From the human T2T-CHM13v2.0 reference genome, Homo sapiens: DNA of 64,000 nucleotides. The notes beneath the pieces were generated by a model. The model was not told the DNA's origin. It worked only from the letters and a program-made list of their open reading frames with translations, and did no database searches. The stretch lies in the NCBI RefSeq assembly GCF_009914755.1, contig NC_060939.1. One strand, written 5' to 3'. Shown here piece by piece: positions 1 to 21,430 of the stretch. A program made the translations under genes and the position numbers. The number at the start of each line of letters is the position of its first letter. Positions within the stretch are counted from its first letter, which is position 1.

Positions 1-599
1 CCGTAGGATATATCCTGGATGTTTACGTTGCAAAAACCCGGGGCATTGTTATTTATTTCTTCTGTCAGAAAAGCAAGACAGCAATAAACTACCGCTTAAC
101 TTGTAAATCACAGAAGTGACTAACCTGAACGAAAGTAATTTGAGGACAAAGGAAGAGGGATTACTTATTCTACTGTTAAGAACTGATCTACAAAGAGATG
201 ATACGTTTTCTGATCATGCTTAGCTTCTCAAATAAGTTAATTCTTTTTTCTGGTCATTCCTGGTAAGCTATAATTTGTCCATCCATTTGTCAAAAATGAG
301 TTATCGTTGCTTCAGGACCCATTCATTTTTTAAACCTGTTACACAGTCAGTGTGACTTTGTGAAGTTGTTTCTTTTGTTCCGTTCCCGTGTTGAGTAGCT
401 CTCTTTTGCCCGAGTCAATATTTTAGGGTTTATTTTAGTTTGGTTTGGTTTGGGGTTTTTTCTTTTTTTTTTTCCTTAATTTGAGGAAGCCTATTCTCCG
501 ACACTATTTGCCCAGTTAGAGACTACTGCTACCCTGGGAACTGTCTTCGACCTGAATTTTATTTCCTCTAGGAAGACAGGATGGAAACCCCATTTCACG

Positions 600-860
600 T
601 TTTGGCTTCCCAGGAGCCGCAACCCAGGCCGACCAGCGCACAGGTTTCAGGCAGGAAATGTCAGGGCGCCTTTAAGAGGAATCTGCGGTAATTTTCCACC
701 GCCCCGCCGACGCGGCGGGATGCTGGGCGCGGCAAAATGCGGCTGCGCGGCAGGGCGCGCGCCTCCGTTGCCAGGATACCGCCTCCTCCACCCCCGGCGC
801 CCAGGGCCCTTTTGTTTCCAAGATGGCCTCCGAATCCTGTTTTAGTGCGCCAGGAACAAA
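600..860. promoter_or_regulatory. Small CpG-rich promoter/enhancer-like element
   Basis: Abrupt rise in CpG density. ETS-like CAGGAAATG 652-660, GC box CCGCCCCGCC 698-707, GCGCGCGC ~756-763, RFX X-box-like GTTGCCAGGATAC 767-779, YY1 CAAGATGGC 819-827. Confidence 0.7.
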
Positions 861-1208
861 GCCAGTTGCACACTGTTGAGCTTAGCGGAAAGCAAGAGTT
901 ATATGGCTGGCTTTCAGCCTGTTCAATGTCAATATTTATTTACTGTTACAACCTTACAAAAATCCGTTCAGTTATGTTGTCTGGATGAGAAAAATCAAGG
1001 GAGTGCCACCAGGTGTGTAAGCCATGGTCTCAGCCTTTCTGTGGCAGGGCTTTTGCATTCGTTGTTGCTTTTGATAAGAATTCTGGCTTTTCTTGTTAAA
1101 CTAGCTCAGGAAGAAGTCTGGGCGATGACGGTTAACTATAGAACCATATAATTACGTGTAGTTCAGTTTGGGTAATGATGCCCCGGGCCATGTCCACTCC
1201 CCTTTTAA

Positions 1209-1530
<322 letters not shown>

Positions 1531-1533
1531 CTA

Positions 1534-1740
<207 letters not shown>

Positions 1741-1754
1741 CTATAATTATTATT

Positions 1755-1858
1755 AGATTATAAATTCCTTGGGGATAGGAACTTTGTTTCTTATCCATCT
1801 TTGTATCCCGAAAGTGGCTCTGCCTGTAACAAACCTTCAAATAAAGTTGCTAAGTAAT
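1755..1858 (+). mobile_element. L2 3' end fragment
   Basis: Similar to the L2 terminus (…ATCTTTGTATCCC…CAAATAAAGTTG). Confidence 0.6.
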
Positions 1859-1879
1859 ACTAATTCACATCAAAAAGAT

Positions 1880-2087
1880 ACTAATTAACATTTATTCTGC
1901 CGAGCACTGCCATTAAGATAGGTACCTCCATTTTATTCCCCATTTTACAGATAGAGAAACTAAGGCTCTGGAAGGTTAAGTAATTGCCTGAGGTGCCACA
2001 GCTAGTCGTGTATGGTGGAATCCGCATCCAAACCCAAGCAGTCTGATAAGAGCCTGCCCTAAGGCAGCCATTGTGCTATATACTGCC
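1880..2087 (-). mobile_element. MIR SINE
   Basis: MIR core CCCATTTTACAGATAGAGAAACTAAGGCT…GGTTAAGTAATTGCC. Confidence 0.85.
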
Positions 2088-2279
2088 TCTGTAAATATAA
2101 TACTACTGGGAGTACATGATGTCTTCTAAGTGCAGCACTTGCAGAGTGTGAAAGCCTCTTTCCCTGAAGTACACCTCTCTTTGTTGCGAACTGACTTCTC
2201 ACATTTGAATCAGGTATTAGTCATCCAGCCATTTAGATGCTTCCCTCTGAGCTGAAAGCCCCAACCCTAGCCAACCTTG

Positions 2280-2985
2280 GTGGCAGGGATTGGGGAAGTA
2301 TAATTTAAAATTTTCTGCCAACCTATAAAGGAAAAACAAAAACCCAAAAAACAAAACAACAACAACAAAAAAACCTACCCACAAAAGCAGAAGAAAAAAC
2401 AGTTCTATGATAGAATAAGCATTAAGTTCAAATGTGGTGTGCATCACAGGTCATTAGCTAGAGATTGCAAAGGACAGAAAGAAATTTCACCCTTTTACAT
2501 ACCTAAGCAGATATACCCCGTTACCATACATGTTTTCAAGATTAAATAGTAACCAGTCTCCAAGTAAGAGGACTTGGCAGCACCACTTGTCACAGCTAGT
2601 TCATGCAAAATGCACACAGTAATTGGTAGCTGGTAATCTGTGTTAGCTAATTAGTTTTATTTAGAGGAAAAATAAACTTACATTTTTATAACAGGAATTA
2701 GGTTTGCACCTTGAAGTAAGGCACCTACTGGAGTTAAGACTCCTGCTCTCCCACAGAAACTGTAAGTAGGGATGCTACCTTCTGTGGTGATTGCATTTCA
2801 AAGAGACAGCTCCCAGGTCACTGAGTAAGACATTTCTGGGCTGTAAAGCTGGTAAGAGGCTTATTTAGCTTTTAAAAAGATTTACATACCTCTCAAAGGG
2901 TTAGAGAAAGAATTTTCCCTTACAAGTTTTCTCAAATAAATGCTGAAAGGAAGGGAGGAAGGGGAGTCTTTTTCCCTTGCTGTAC
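2280..2985 (-). mobile_element. ERV1 (MER4-group, MER31/MER67-like) solo LTR
   Basis: Motifs such as TGCATTTCAAAGAGACAGCTCCCAGGTC…GACATTTCTGGGCTGTAAA resemble this group. Subfamily and ends are uncertain. Confidence 0.45.
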
Positions 2986-3979
2986 CCGGGACACATTGAT
3001 TTACATTTTAGATCTGCATCTGTGTCAAGATTAGACCAGCTATTCCAGTCAAAGAGTCAGCTTGCACTCAGAGTCAGCTTGTTGGCCCACCCTTTCCACA
3101 GACATAATAATGAATCAGATAGTGGGAAGCCAGGAGAAGGTATTGTCAAATGCTGGGGGTTAAATCCTCTATTTTGATGGAAACTTTTACTTCCTGGTTT
3201 CTTTGAAATTAAGCCTAATTTCTGGCAGATGCTGAAGTGAGTTTGCATGCTGCACCAGGCCACAATAATGTGTCTAAGAAATGCAGACCAGGCAACTGGC
3301 CTTGATGTTCTTTTGAGTTGTCTTCACTCCTCAGTCTGCTCTCTTCTACTCATGTAGGCACCTTGGAGATGCCTCACAAGAAGGACTTCTCTCCACTGAC
3401 CTCCTGATCTTAAGACATCTTTGCTTCTAGCATCCTACCTTAGCTTCTTTTCCAAAAGACTCAGGCTACTTGTGGCTGTGCTGATAACCAAGCCTGGACC
3501 ACCTTCCTTCACCATTTCTGCTGGCTTGGCTCAACCAGCAAGACAGTTCCTACTATCCTTTCCTTCTGGAATCCTTCCCTGACCTACCTTACTGCTCATG
3601 CACCTGCATCTGATTTGGTCTCCCCTGGGCTCCCAGACCACTTGGTAATTTCTCCTATTACAGCACACAGATAGTTAAGTGTGGGTAGTCATGTTTAATT
3701 CTCTAGTCCATAAACTTCTTATTTTATATTCAAAGATTTTTTAAATCTTTTTGTTCCCAGCACTTCACGGCAGGGTGCCTACATGAGTAGATCTGAGATC
3801 TTAAAACTGGTGGCCTACAGGTTGAGTCAAGCCCACCAAACTATTTTGTTGGGCTCTTTTTAACATTCGTTTTGTAAAATTTGAAGCTACATTTTAAAAT
3901 CTGAATTTACATACAAATCAGAGACTTCGCCTTTTTTTTTTTTTTTTACTTTTTGCTCATCTAAAGAACAAGATACAGC

Positions 3980-4301
<322 letters not shown>

Positions 4302-4436
4302 CTACCCTATCAGCAGGTGCCTAGTGCTACTTTAGATGGTATATGAGCTGTCCACTTTGCCATAGCCTTTGCCATTCCCTGTTGCTTCTCCATTGATGCT
4401 AAGTATGAAGTGTCATTTATATTGAATCTGCACTAG

Positions 4437-4836
<400 letters not shown>

Positions 4837-5072
4837 GAGGGAGCCCATTTCTTAGTGGAAATGAAGAGTTGCCTCTGTTTATTAGACACATAAAATGTGT
4901 CTGTTTCTATTTTTCTTAAATCTAGCTGCTTTGCTCATTAAAGTTAACTTCCTGGCCTCTATAGATATTTGAATTTTTGACTCTTAGGGTCAAAAACTGA
5001 GGCATGGTTGGAGTCGTGGGGGAGGAGGAAGGAAGGATAAACAAGTTCAGCAAATGGTTAAGATTCCAAACT

Positions 5073-5381
<309 letters not shown>

Positions 5382-5511
5382 TACCAAACTTAAACAGAAT
5401 TCCCTAATTACCCACTTAAACAGACTTCCCAAATTACCCTTTAGCCAATCCTTTAATTTCACCTTGGACATCATTTCTAACATTTGCTGCATTTTAGTTG
5501 AGTGAGGGAAG

Positions 5512-6487
<976 letters not shown>

Positions 6488-6712
6488 ACACAATACTCAG
6501 TTTCCTATAGTTACTGCCTTGGCAAAAGCCTGTGAGTTAAGTTATACATATGCATTTTGTCCTTAATGACTCCAGAAATATAGAATGCATACAAAAAAGT
6601 TCAGTTCATATGAGTAATTGGTTTTTCAGCCATTATCCACAGCACCTTATATAAGGTAGACATTATCTGCTGGGTAGAACTAAGAACTGTTTTGCAAAAC
6701 ATAGGAACAAGA

Positions 6713-7115
<403 letters not shown>

Positions 7116-7176
7116 CTATCTTTCTAAACACCAGTGATGTAAGTACTGATGCAAGTGCAAAGTAGTAATATGTTGA

Positions 7177-8107
<931 letters not shown>

Positions 8108-8177
8108 TAGATTTACATTGTTTGAACAAGAATCCTATCTGGTTGCACAGAATAGAGACTCTTTCTGAACACCTTGA

Positions 8178-8483
<306 letters not shown>

Positions 8484-8575
8484 CGTTTGCTATCTTGTAA
8501 TGCCATTATTGACTGTGGACCGATGTGAAGCCAAGGCAGAGTGTTCCACTTTGCTCCAAACATGCTGTGACATCA

Positions 8576-8806
<231 letters not shown>

Positions 8807-8932
8807 CTAAATTGGCCCTTTCCAAATCTGGAGAACTACTAGAGCAGTGGTTGGGGATGGTGTTAATTTGGGAAAGCCTCAGTTGATTCTGACAAACCCT
8901 GCCCTTAAGAACCACCAGTTTGTTTTCCTTTA

Positions 8933-9583
<651 letters not shown>

Positions 9584-9854
9584 CTGAAGTGTATACAACA
9601 AGGATTCTCTTGAGGGGAAGCCTGCATCCGATAATTTTACATTTATTAAACTGGTGGTGAAAGAGTTCTATGCAGTTGAAAGGAACAATCAGCTATGTAA
9701 ATTGCCCTTACTCTGGACTTGAGAAAAGCAGAAGGAACACATCGCCCACTAGGAAGGACTTAAAGTTAGTCTTGAGAGCCTTGTCTTGATGAAAAGACTA
9801 AGTGGGGCCAAGGGAAAGCTGGCTGTATTGATGAGAAATGGAAATAAGGCACCT

Positions 9855-10186
<332 letters not shown>

Positions 10187-10996
10187 TGATTCTGTTGGCA
10201 CAAGGACCATGAAATCTTCAGTAGCTAAGGAGACTCTTTGACAAATAGATTTATTGCATATGATGTAAAAGGGTCTCATTCAGAGAACTACACATTTACT
10301 ACACATTTACTAGCTGTTAGATGTGAGAAATTGAAGCTTTGAGAATTGTCATTTTGTAAGCACGCTGTAATAATTGTGTTCTCTACAAAAATGGAGAAAT
10401 ACTTAATCTTTGCAGGTTTTTATTAGCTTCGAAAAAGGGAATACAAATATTTTGATACCTGACTTTATTTTAAAGATACTGGCAAGCAAGGAAAGATACT
10501 CAGTTTGCTAAATTATAGCATAGATTTGAAAGACGGAAATTTTTTTTTGTTATTTTGATTCTTTCTGATTCAGAACCTGCGTGAGTTTCCATTCCTGGGA
10601 TAGAGAGCCCTGCCAAAGCCAACTCAGTCTCCTGTTATTGCAGAAATTTAAAGGTTACTTGAGCTGATTGATACCAATTAAAATAAAAGCATCTACTGCC
10701 ATTTTATTAAACGCCCTATTTAATCTCCACATCCCAAGTTCATTCTCTCTCTCTTTTAAGGCTATACATGGGCCTCAACATTCTCTCTTCTTCAGTATCA
10801 GCTGTCCTCATCCCTATTCAAAGTCAGAATGACTTGGAATCTATTCAGGGCTGCTACTTAATTGGATGAAGAAAGTACTCTGTTGCATGCTAACCTCCCA
10901 GATTTGAATTAGAACCAAGGTCCTGAATCTACACAAGACCTTTTTCCCTTTCCTTTCTGCATTTATTTCTTTTTTTTCTACATCTTTCTTTTTGAA

Positions 10997-11293
10997 TTTT
11001 TTTTTTTTTTTTTTTCTGAGATAGAGTCTTGCTCTGTCGCCAGGCTGGAGTGCAGTGGTGTGATCTTGGCTCACTGCAGTCTCCAACTCTGGTTCAAGCA
11101 ATTCTCCTGCCTCAGCCTCCGGGTAGCTGGGACTACAGGCATACACCACCATGCCCAGCTAATTTTTGTATTTTTAGTAGAGATGGGGTTTCACCATAGT
11201 GGCCAGGATGGTCTCCATCTCTTGACCTCGTGACCTGACCCCCTCGGCCTCCCAAAGTGCTGAGATTACAGGCATGAGCCACCGCGCCCGGCC
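10997..11293 (-). mobile_element. AluSc-like
   Basis: TSD TCTTTTTGAATTTTTTT. Confidence 0.93.
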
Positions 11294-12039
11294 TCTTTTT
11301 GAATTTTTTTAAAAAAACACCTAAAGTTTAGGAAAGTATAAGAGGCCAAAGAAACAAGAGTTCAAAGAAACAAGAGTGTTATACACGCACACTTGCAGAA
11401 AGGTAGTAAAATATCTGTATAGTTCTGGCTGTCAAGCTTTTGGACTGAGATATGCGTAAGCAAGGCAAAAAGATCCCATAGTCCAGGAATATCAACCAGT
11501 CCAGTTTCCCAAGGAAACTAAAAGTAACTGAAAATGAGAAGGGTGCCATATAGGAAAATTGAAGGTGGGGCATAATTATTAATACACTGCTTTGGAAATG
11601 CTGGTATGGAAGATTCATATATGGACTTCAAAGCATACATGTCTTATACTTAGCTATGGGAAAATTATCATCAAAATCTTCATTTATACAAATCACGGGT
11701 ATTAGAAATAAAATCAGGTATTGTGTACAGTCAGATCCCAGGTTTACACAAACTAGAGGTTTCAATTAAGTTTCCTTCATTTTATAAAACCATGACACAA
11801 GCTGTAAATAAAGGAGCTCTGGCTTTAGGCCTTCTTCTGTTTATAGACAGTAAATTTTAATCCTCTGTCCCTGCAGACCAACTCAAAGCAGTAACCTTGG
11901 CTACCGTTGCCGCAGAAGAAACACACCCTGCAGATTTCCAGTTCTATATTCAGTCTTAGAAAATTGGTCATGTTGAAAGGGAAAAAACAATTTTACTTTG
12001 CCTCAGTTATTGACACCAAGAAGCACTCCTCAGCCTGTT

Positions 12040-12320
12040 CAGAGGGGAAACAATGAGTCATTCATGCTGTCAGCCCAGGTGGTGCATGAATTCCAGACAG
12101 AGGCCGCTGAATTAACCCGTGGAGGCGTCTCTCTGAGCAGAGCCCGCAATGCGCCTGCTTGGGGCTCCCTGCAGCCTCTGGGGGAGGCAGGGCGGCCCAG
12201 AGCAGGCCTGTGCTGGAAAGGAACGCGAAGCCCTGTAACCAAGCCTGTACCTCTGCAGTGCTAGTCCCAAGGGGCCTCCGAGCTGTTTGTCACCATGTGA
12301 TTGGCTCAGGAGAGGGGTGG
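12040..12320. promoter_or_regulatory. Candidate enhancer
   Basis: Repeat-free GC-raised patch with retained CpGs. AP-1 TGAGTCA 12054-12060 overlaps SOX-like AACAATG. ATTGG at 12300-12304. Confidence 0.4.
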
Positions 12321-12992
12321 AGAAATGAAAACACTCTGCCCAGGATATATTTAGTTGAAGTGCAGCTGGGGAAGTGCTTAAACAAGGGAGCTTTTGTCCT
12401 TATGTTGAAGTGTTTTTCTTAACTCCTCAAGGGTGAAAAACTTGAGCCACGTACTGATCCCATTCCCCCCCACCACCCCCAATATATTTTCTCTTCTTTA
12501 GGAAATGCTCTTATTCTGAAACTTTAGAATTTTCTAGGGTTTGTTGCATAAGAGGAAACTGAATAATTCTGATGCAGAACTGACACAAAATTTAAAGCAC
12601 AAACTTTTAGTGGGAGACACAGTTAAGAAATTCAAATAATTTCTTAACACATTAGAAGTTTGCATTCTTGCCATTAATTTTCTGTAAGTTCAAACTGGAA
12701 ATTGGCTATTTTCAAACGGCTTTACTTGAACTAATTTATGGAGTTAAAAACATAATTAAGTGTTATAAGCTGACAGAGCCCTGTTTCACTCGAGCTGATT
12801 CACGGTTTCCAGTAATGAAAGATATCCTTCTGCGCTGCTGAGCACAGCTTCTTTGCAACAGATGACTGATGAGCCGTGTAACGGCTCCTGTTCACATCCT
12901 CCTCAAAAAATGGCTGAAAACTGCCACCTTGCTGCAAGGCTTTATGTAAATACTGTATATTAGGGCACATTATCTATTATTAAGAAGTAATG

Positions 12993-13273
12993 TGGCTGGG
13001 CACTGTGGCTCATGCCTGTAATCCCAGCACTTTGGGAGGCCGAAGCAGGCAGATCACCTGAGGTCAGTTCAAGACCAGCCTGGCCAATGTGGTGAAACAC
13101 CTCTCTATGAAAAATACAAAAATCAGCCAGGCGTGGTGGCGCATACCTGGAGTCCCAGCTACTCAGGAGGCTGAGGCATGAGAATCGCTTGAACCCAGAG
13201 GGGAGGTTGCAGTAAGCTGAGGTTGCACCACTGAACTCCAGCCTGGATGACAAAAAAAAAAAAAAAAAAAAAA
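12993..13273 (+). mobile_element. AluS
   Basis: Dimer with an A-tail. Confidence 0.93.
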
Positions 13274-13382
13274 TAGCAACACAGGAAATATTTTCCATGA
13301 AAATTCCATTTGCAGTTATGAAGCAGGGGCAAAAACTTCTGGACAAGAAGCCCGTGGTTTTGTTGATACTAGCAAAGCAGGC

Positions 13383-14121
13383 TGTAATAGTGCTCTCCAG
13401 AGAAACAGAACCAGTAGGATGTGCATATTTATAGACAAAGATTTCTCTCTCTCTCTTTTTTTTTGAGACAGGTCCTTGCTCTGTCACTCAGGCTGGAGTG
13501 CACTGGCGTAATCTTGGCTTCCTGCAGCCTCAACCTCTCCTAGCTCAAGCAATCCTCCTGCCTCAGTCTCACGAGAAGCTGAGACTACAGGTGCATGCCA
13601 CCATGCCCAGGTAATTTTTAATTTTTTGTAGAGATGGTGTTTTGCCATGTTGCCCAGCCTGGTCTCGAACTCCTGAGCTCAAGCCATCTGCCCGATTCAG
13701 CCTCCCAAAGTGCTGGGATTACAGGCATGAGCCTGACTGAGAGAGAGATTTTGTTTAAGGAATCGATCCATGCTTATGGAGGCTAAGTTCAAAATCTGCA
13801 GTGTGGGCTGGTAGGCTAGAGACCTAGAAAAGAGCCAGTGTTGTGGTTCAATCCAAAAGATGTCAGCTGACAGAATTCCCAGAATTTCTTCTTGTCTGGA
13901 GCCGGGAGAGCGAGAGGGAGTCTCTTGTTCTATTCAGGCCTTCAACTGATGTGATGAGGCCCACCCACAGTATGGAGGGCCATCTGCTGTACTTAATGTT
14001 CACCAATTTCAATGTTAATCTCATCCAAAAACACCCTCACAGACACATCCAGGAGAATCTTTGACCAAATGTTTGGGCACTGTGGCCTAACCAAGTTGAC
14101 ACATAAAAGTAACCAACCACA
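13383..14121 (-). mobile_element. MLT2 (ERVL) solo LTR, containing an AluJ (-) at 13456-13733
   Basis: CTCCAGAGAAACAGAACC start. CAGGCCTTCAACTGAT…GAGGCCCACCCACA. CAAGTTGACACATAAAAGTAACC end. Confidence 0.85.
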
Positions 14122-14344
14122 GGTTAACAAACTCATTTTAAAAAATTCATGTGTTAACTTCACTTGTTAAAGTAACAGCATTGCTTACCATGTTGTAGAT
14201 GTTGTAAAGGTATAAAAACGGGTACCCTTACAACATCTGTATCCCCCTGAAGGCAAGGATCTCTCTCTCTCTCTCTCTCTCCCCCTCTCTCTCCCTCTCC
14301 TTCTATCCTGTTCTCCCTCCTCCCTCTTCTCTCCTGGGAGGCTT

Positions 14345-14752
14345 GCCCTTTCATCCCAGGGACCATGTTGTGAGGAAGTTCATGGAAAAGCCATGTGTAG
14401 ATATTCCAGACGATAGCCCCCAGCCCACACCAACATCAACTACTAGACATGTGAATGAACAAGCCTCAGATGATTTTTTTCTCAGCCTTCAGAGTCTTCC
14501 AGCTGTGATCCAGACATGGTACAGCAAAGTCAAGCTACCCTCTGCTGTGCCCTGTCTTGATTTATTTATTTAAAATTTTTTTTTTAATTTTAATTTTTTT
14601 TACTCTGTAAGCTTTGTTGGTCTTAACTGTCTCAATTCTGACCTGTAGAAACCATGAGATATTAAAAAAAGAGGAAGAAGAAGAAAATTATTGCTATTTT
14701 AAGCCACTAAATTTGGGAGCGATTTGCTATACAGGAAAAGATAACTACTATA
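14345..14752 (+). mobile_element. MLT1 (MaLR, MLT1H-like) LTR fragment
   Basis: CCATGTTGTGAGGAAG…AGACATGTGAATGAA…TTTTAAGCCACTAAATTTGGG…GATAACT. Confidence 0.7.
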
Positions 14753-14801
14753 GTAAGATTATGGTTAACTTTATGAGAAAGTACCAAACTGATTTCTTTC
14801 C

Positions 14802-15097
<296 letters not shown>

Positions 15098-15819
15098 ACA
15101 CATCTACTTTTGATCAGAAATATTATTACCCAATTCAGAAACCAATCTTATTCACCATGATAGTTCATTGTCACATTTCATAAGACCAGCTCACCCCTAC
15201 CCCTGATACTAGAATTTATGCTTATACTTCCAATATGTTTTAAAATAATTGTTACCAACTGCGTCTGTATAGTTATTATTATATATAAAGTATATAAATA
15301 TAATTCTCCACATCATGATTTATCAAGTTAATTTGCAAGCCCTGAAAGAGAAGAATAAAACTGTCTATCCACAGATGGGGGATTCTTGATTCTAACTATA
15401 CTATCACCTATTGACTGTTAATTAGCATTATTATTATTTCCATTAATGGAGAAATGCTATTTGTTAGGCATTTCACATATATAAACTTACTTACCACGAC
15501 AACACTACGAGGTACATATTTTTATCCTCATCTTTTTCCCAGGGAAGAGCAGGATTGGAGAGTTTATGAAATTTGGCTTTGACCACACAACTAAATTTGA
15601 ACCCAGTATCCTTTTATTTGATCCAAAATAGGCTTTTCTTCATTTTTTTCTAATTTTATACCACAATGTGGAATGTATTTTTGCCTGAAGTAAACAGTGG
15701 AAAATATTCTAGACTGGGATTTGGGAGATTGGGTTTTGTTCCTGGCTGTCTTACTGATCAACAGTCTTTTTTAAAGCATGTCTTTCTCTGGACTATGTTC
15801 CCTATCATTTAAAATAAAA

Positions 15820-16470
<651 letters not shown>

Positions 16471-16514
16471 AATAAAAGTTTCGTTTAAGGCCTTATTCAG
16501 TTGAAAAGTAGTAC

Positions 16515-16720
16515 CAGGGACTGTTCTAAGCATTTCACATATATTAATTTGTGACTCATAAAAATCTGTGATATAGGTACTAGTAAAATGCCCATTTTAC
16601 AAATGAATGAACCAAGGTGCAGAGATTAATTAACTTTCCCAAAGTCACAAAACTAGTAAAGGGGGTTTAGCTGTGATTTAAGCCCAGGCTGTCTGGCTCC
16701 AGAATCCACCATGTTATGAA
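16515..16720 (-). mobile_element. MIR
   Basis: CCCATTTTACAAATGAATGAACCAAGG…CCCAAAGTCACA…CCCAGGCTGTCTGGCTCCAGA. Confidence 0.85.
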
Positions 16721-16845
16721 GCGACATTTATTGAAAGCCACTGTTAAAAACAACCTTATGGTATCATTAATAACATTATTCTCTTCAATTCCACCTTCTT
16801 TCCTACTTTTTGGGTGAAGAAACTGAGGCTTAGAAAATATATCTC

Positions 16846-17225
16846 GGCCAGGCAGGGTGGCAAATACCTGTAATCCCAGGACTTTGGGAGGGCAAGGCGG
16901 GAGGATTATTTGAGCCCAGGAATCTGAAATCAGCCTGGGCAACACAGGGAGACACTGTCTCTCTAAAACAAATGTTTAGGCCGGGCACAGTGGCTCACGC
17001 CTGTAATTCCAGAACTTTGGGAGGCCAAGGTGTGTGGGTTGCCTGACGTCACGAGTTTGAGACCAGCCTAGCCAACATGGTGAAACCCCATCTCTACTAA
17101 AAACACACAAAAAATTAGCCGGGCATGGTGGCACACTCCTGTAATCCCAGGTACTTGGGAGGCTGAGGCAGGAAAATCTCTTGAACCAGGGAGGTGGAAG
17201 TTGCAGTGAGTCAAGATGGAGCCAC
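16846..17225 (+). mobile_element. FLAM (16846-16975) plus 3'-truncated AluS (16979-17225)
   Basis: The second Alu stops at …GATGGAGCCAC without a tail. Confidence 0.88.
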
Positions 17226-17310
17226 CCTTCCCATTAATATAAATGTCACTCCTTTCTCTTTTTTTAAACAAATAGATGCATTTTCTATTCAGCTTTTTAT
17301 ACCTCCACCT

Positions 17311-17627
<317 letters not shown>

Positions 17628-18104
17628 TAATCACAGAAGTAGGCACATACCACACACACTGTTCTGATCTTCCTTTTTATTTCTAATTAACAATATGGCT
17701 TGGAAATTATCCCTCATAATACCGAAAGCACTTTTTTAAAGGGGTGGCACAGTTTTCTATTTTAGAGATGCACCATCATTTACCTAACCATCCCCTAGGA
17801 TCCCTGAGGTTGTTTCTGATCTGAAGCTTTTGACAGGCCACGCATAGTGAATCTGCTTGTGTCTTTGCTGCTGCGCCCTGTAGGCCCCTCTGAGATCTCT
17901 CATGTCATGTATGTGGGGGCAGGGAGGGGAGCTTATGGCACGTCCTTCCCGGCCAGCAAGGCATATATTACCGTAGAGTTTTCTCTATAGGACTGGAGTC
18001 AGAAAATTCATACAGCTAAGGCGAGGTATAGCTCAGAAAAAGCATCCAGAAGGCAGCTCAACCGATCAACATCAGTGACAACAGCACGAAAATACCACAA
18101 GCTT

Positions 18105-18512
<408 letters not shown>

Positions 18513-19096
18513 TCACACAGCTGGAAGCACTGCTTTACGGTTTAGAGCAATGTGGACCAACAGATGAAGAATGACCGGGATGGAGTTGCCTGAATGTTAC
18601 CCACCTACGGCTGTTTCTCTTGTGAAACAACCTGGGCAACTTAATTCATCTCAGTTCTCACGTTCTCTTCCCTGAGATCAAAGTTTCTGATGAGGCTCAG
18701 GGTCCCTCCCAGAAAAGCCAGCTGAGTGCCTGCTTCTGCCTGGCTTTGTCTAAAGATGCCTTGCTTGAGTGCCAGCCCTGGGTAAACCCTTCAGTGTTTT
18801 CCTGCCAAAGGAGAACACTGAGAAGCCCCCAGCCCCAAATGCTCTGACAGGATGGAGAAGAAACGTTTTTTATTTTGAGGCCACTGTCCCAACCTTCCAA
18901 CAACAAAACTAAATTGAAAATGATAGATATAGAGCCATTGATTCCCACCACCACACATTTAATTGTGAAAATGTCCCAACAAACAGAAAAGTTGAAAAAA
19001 ATATGCAGTGAATACCCATCCATCCACCACTTCAGTTCTACAATGAACATTTTGCTAGACTTGCTTTCTTTATAACATTACCTTCCATCTACCTAA

Positions 19097-19480
<384 letters not shown>

Positions 19481-19571
19481 TGAACCACTAATTGTTGAGG
19501 CTTTTTGAAAGTTTGCCTTGAATATTCATTGCTTTTAAAACTTCAGAAAAGGAAACTTAACATCATGTTTA

Positions 19572-19919
<348 letters not shown>

Positions 19920-20299
19920 TTAGGCTAGAGAGATGTTAGAGGTAAACAGAAAGGGAAAATGTGGCTTTCAGAAGGAAAAGAGAGGGTAAGAGAGGTGAGA
20001 AGAGGTAGAGAGGGCCCAAGAAAGGAAGGAAGGGTATGAAGACACAGGAAAGGAGTTTGCAAATGAGTGTGGGTGAAGCCACTAGCACAGCTGCTCATCA
20101 AGAGCTGGAGTGTCGGTTTTGTACCCAGGCAGCAGCTGTCACAAGGTTATGGAGGCTGCTGTGGCCCCAGCCAGCTCCCAGCACTGATTACACCTCCTGC
20201 CGAGCTCTCCAGCTGCAGTCAGGAGAGCCCCAGGCAGCTGCACCTGGTCTCCTTGTGGAACACGTTGTCACTTGAAGGGTTCCTAGCCAGGGGTTCCAG

Positions 20300-20800
20300 C
20301 TCTAAAACTGAGGAGACCTGGAATTGAAACCGGATGCCAGCCTTGATCTCCACGTCTGTTATTTAACCTCTCTAAGCTTCTGTACTCTCACCCGTAAAAT
20401 GGGCATAGTAAGAATATGTACTTCATGGGGTGTTGGACAGGTAAACTGAGGCGAATGCATCTGAGTCATAATGGGTGATGTGTATTGAATGCAAGCTGCC
20501 TGCCAAGCCTTGGGCTAACTGGCTAACATGTTTTACCACATTCCATCCTTACAACAGCCCTGGGAGGTGGACATTACTATTGGCCTCATTTTAAAAAGTG
20601 AAATTCAGGATGGCGAAGTCCCTTGTGCAGGTGGCCCAGCTGGTAATGGTGAAGTCAGGCCAAGCCCCTCTGGCTGCAGAGCCCACATGCTGTGCCGCCC
20701 TCAGCATCATGCCTGATACTAACCCTACAAAATGTGGCTAATCAAGGCCTGCCTCAGAGGGTTCTTGCAAGAATGATGTAAGACAATTCACATGAAAGTG
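20300..20800. mobile_element. MIR cluster (+ fragment, - copy 20480-20710, + fragment)
   Basis: TTATTTAACCTCTCTAAGCTTC…GTAAAATGGG and ACAACAGCCCTGGGAGGTGG…CATTTT. Confidence 0.7.
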
Positions 20801-20807
20801 CAATTAT

Positions 20808-21430
<623 letters not shown>

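Noticed and set aside
11347-11378. 16-bp tandem duplication CAAAGAAACAAGAGT
   Set aside because: An ordinary slippage duplication.
12805-12875. C/D-box snoRNA-like words (TAATGA, CTGA, TGATGA)
   Set aside because: The boxes are imperfect or misordered, with no terminal stem and no host intron.
18018-18060. GGTATAGCTCAG resembling a tRNA 5' end
   Set aside because: No B-box, T-loop or cloverleaf follows.
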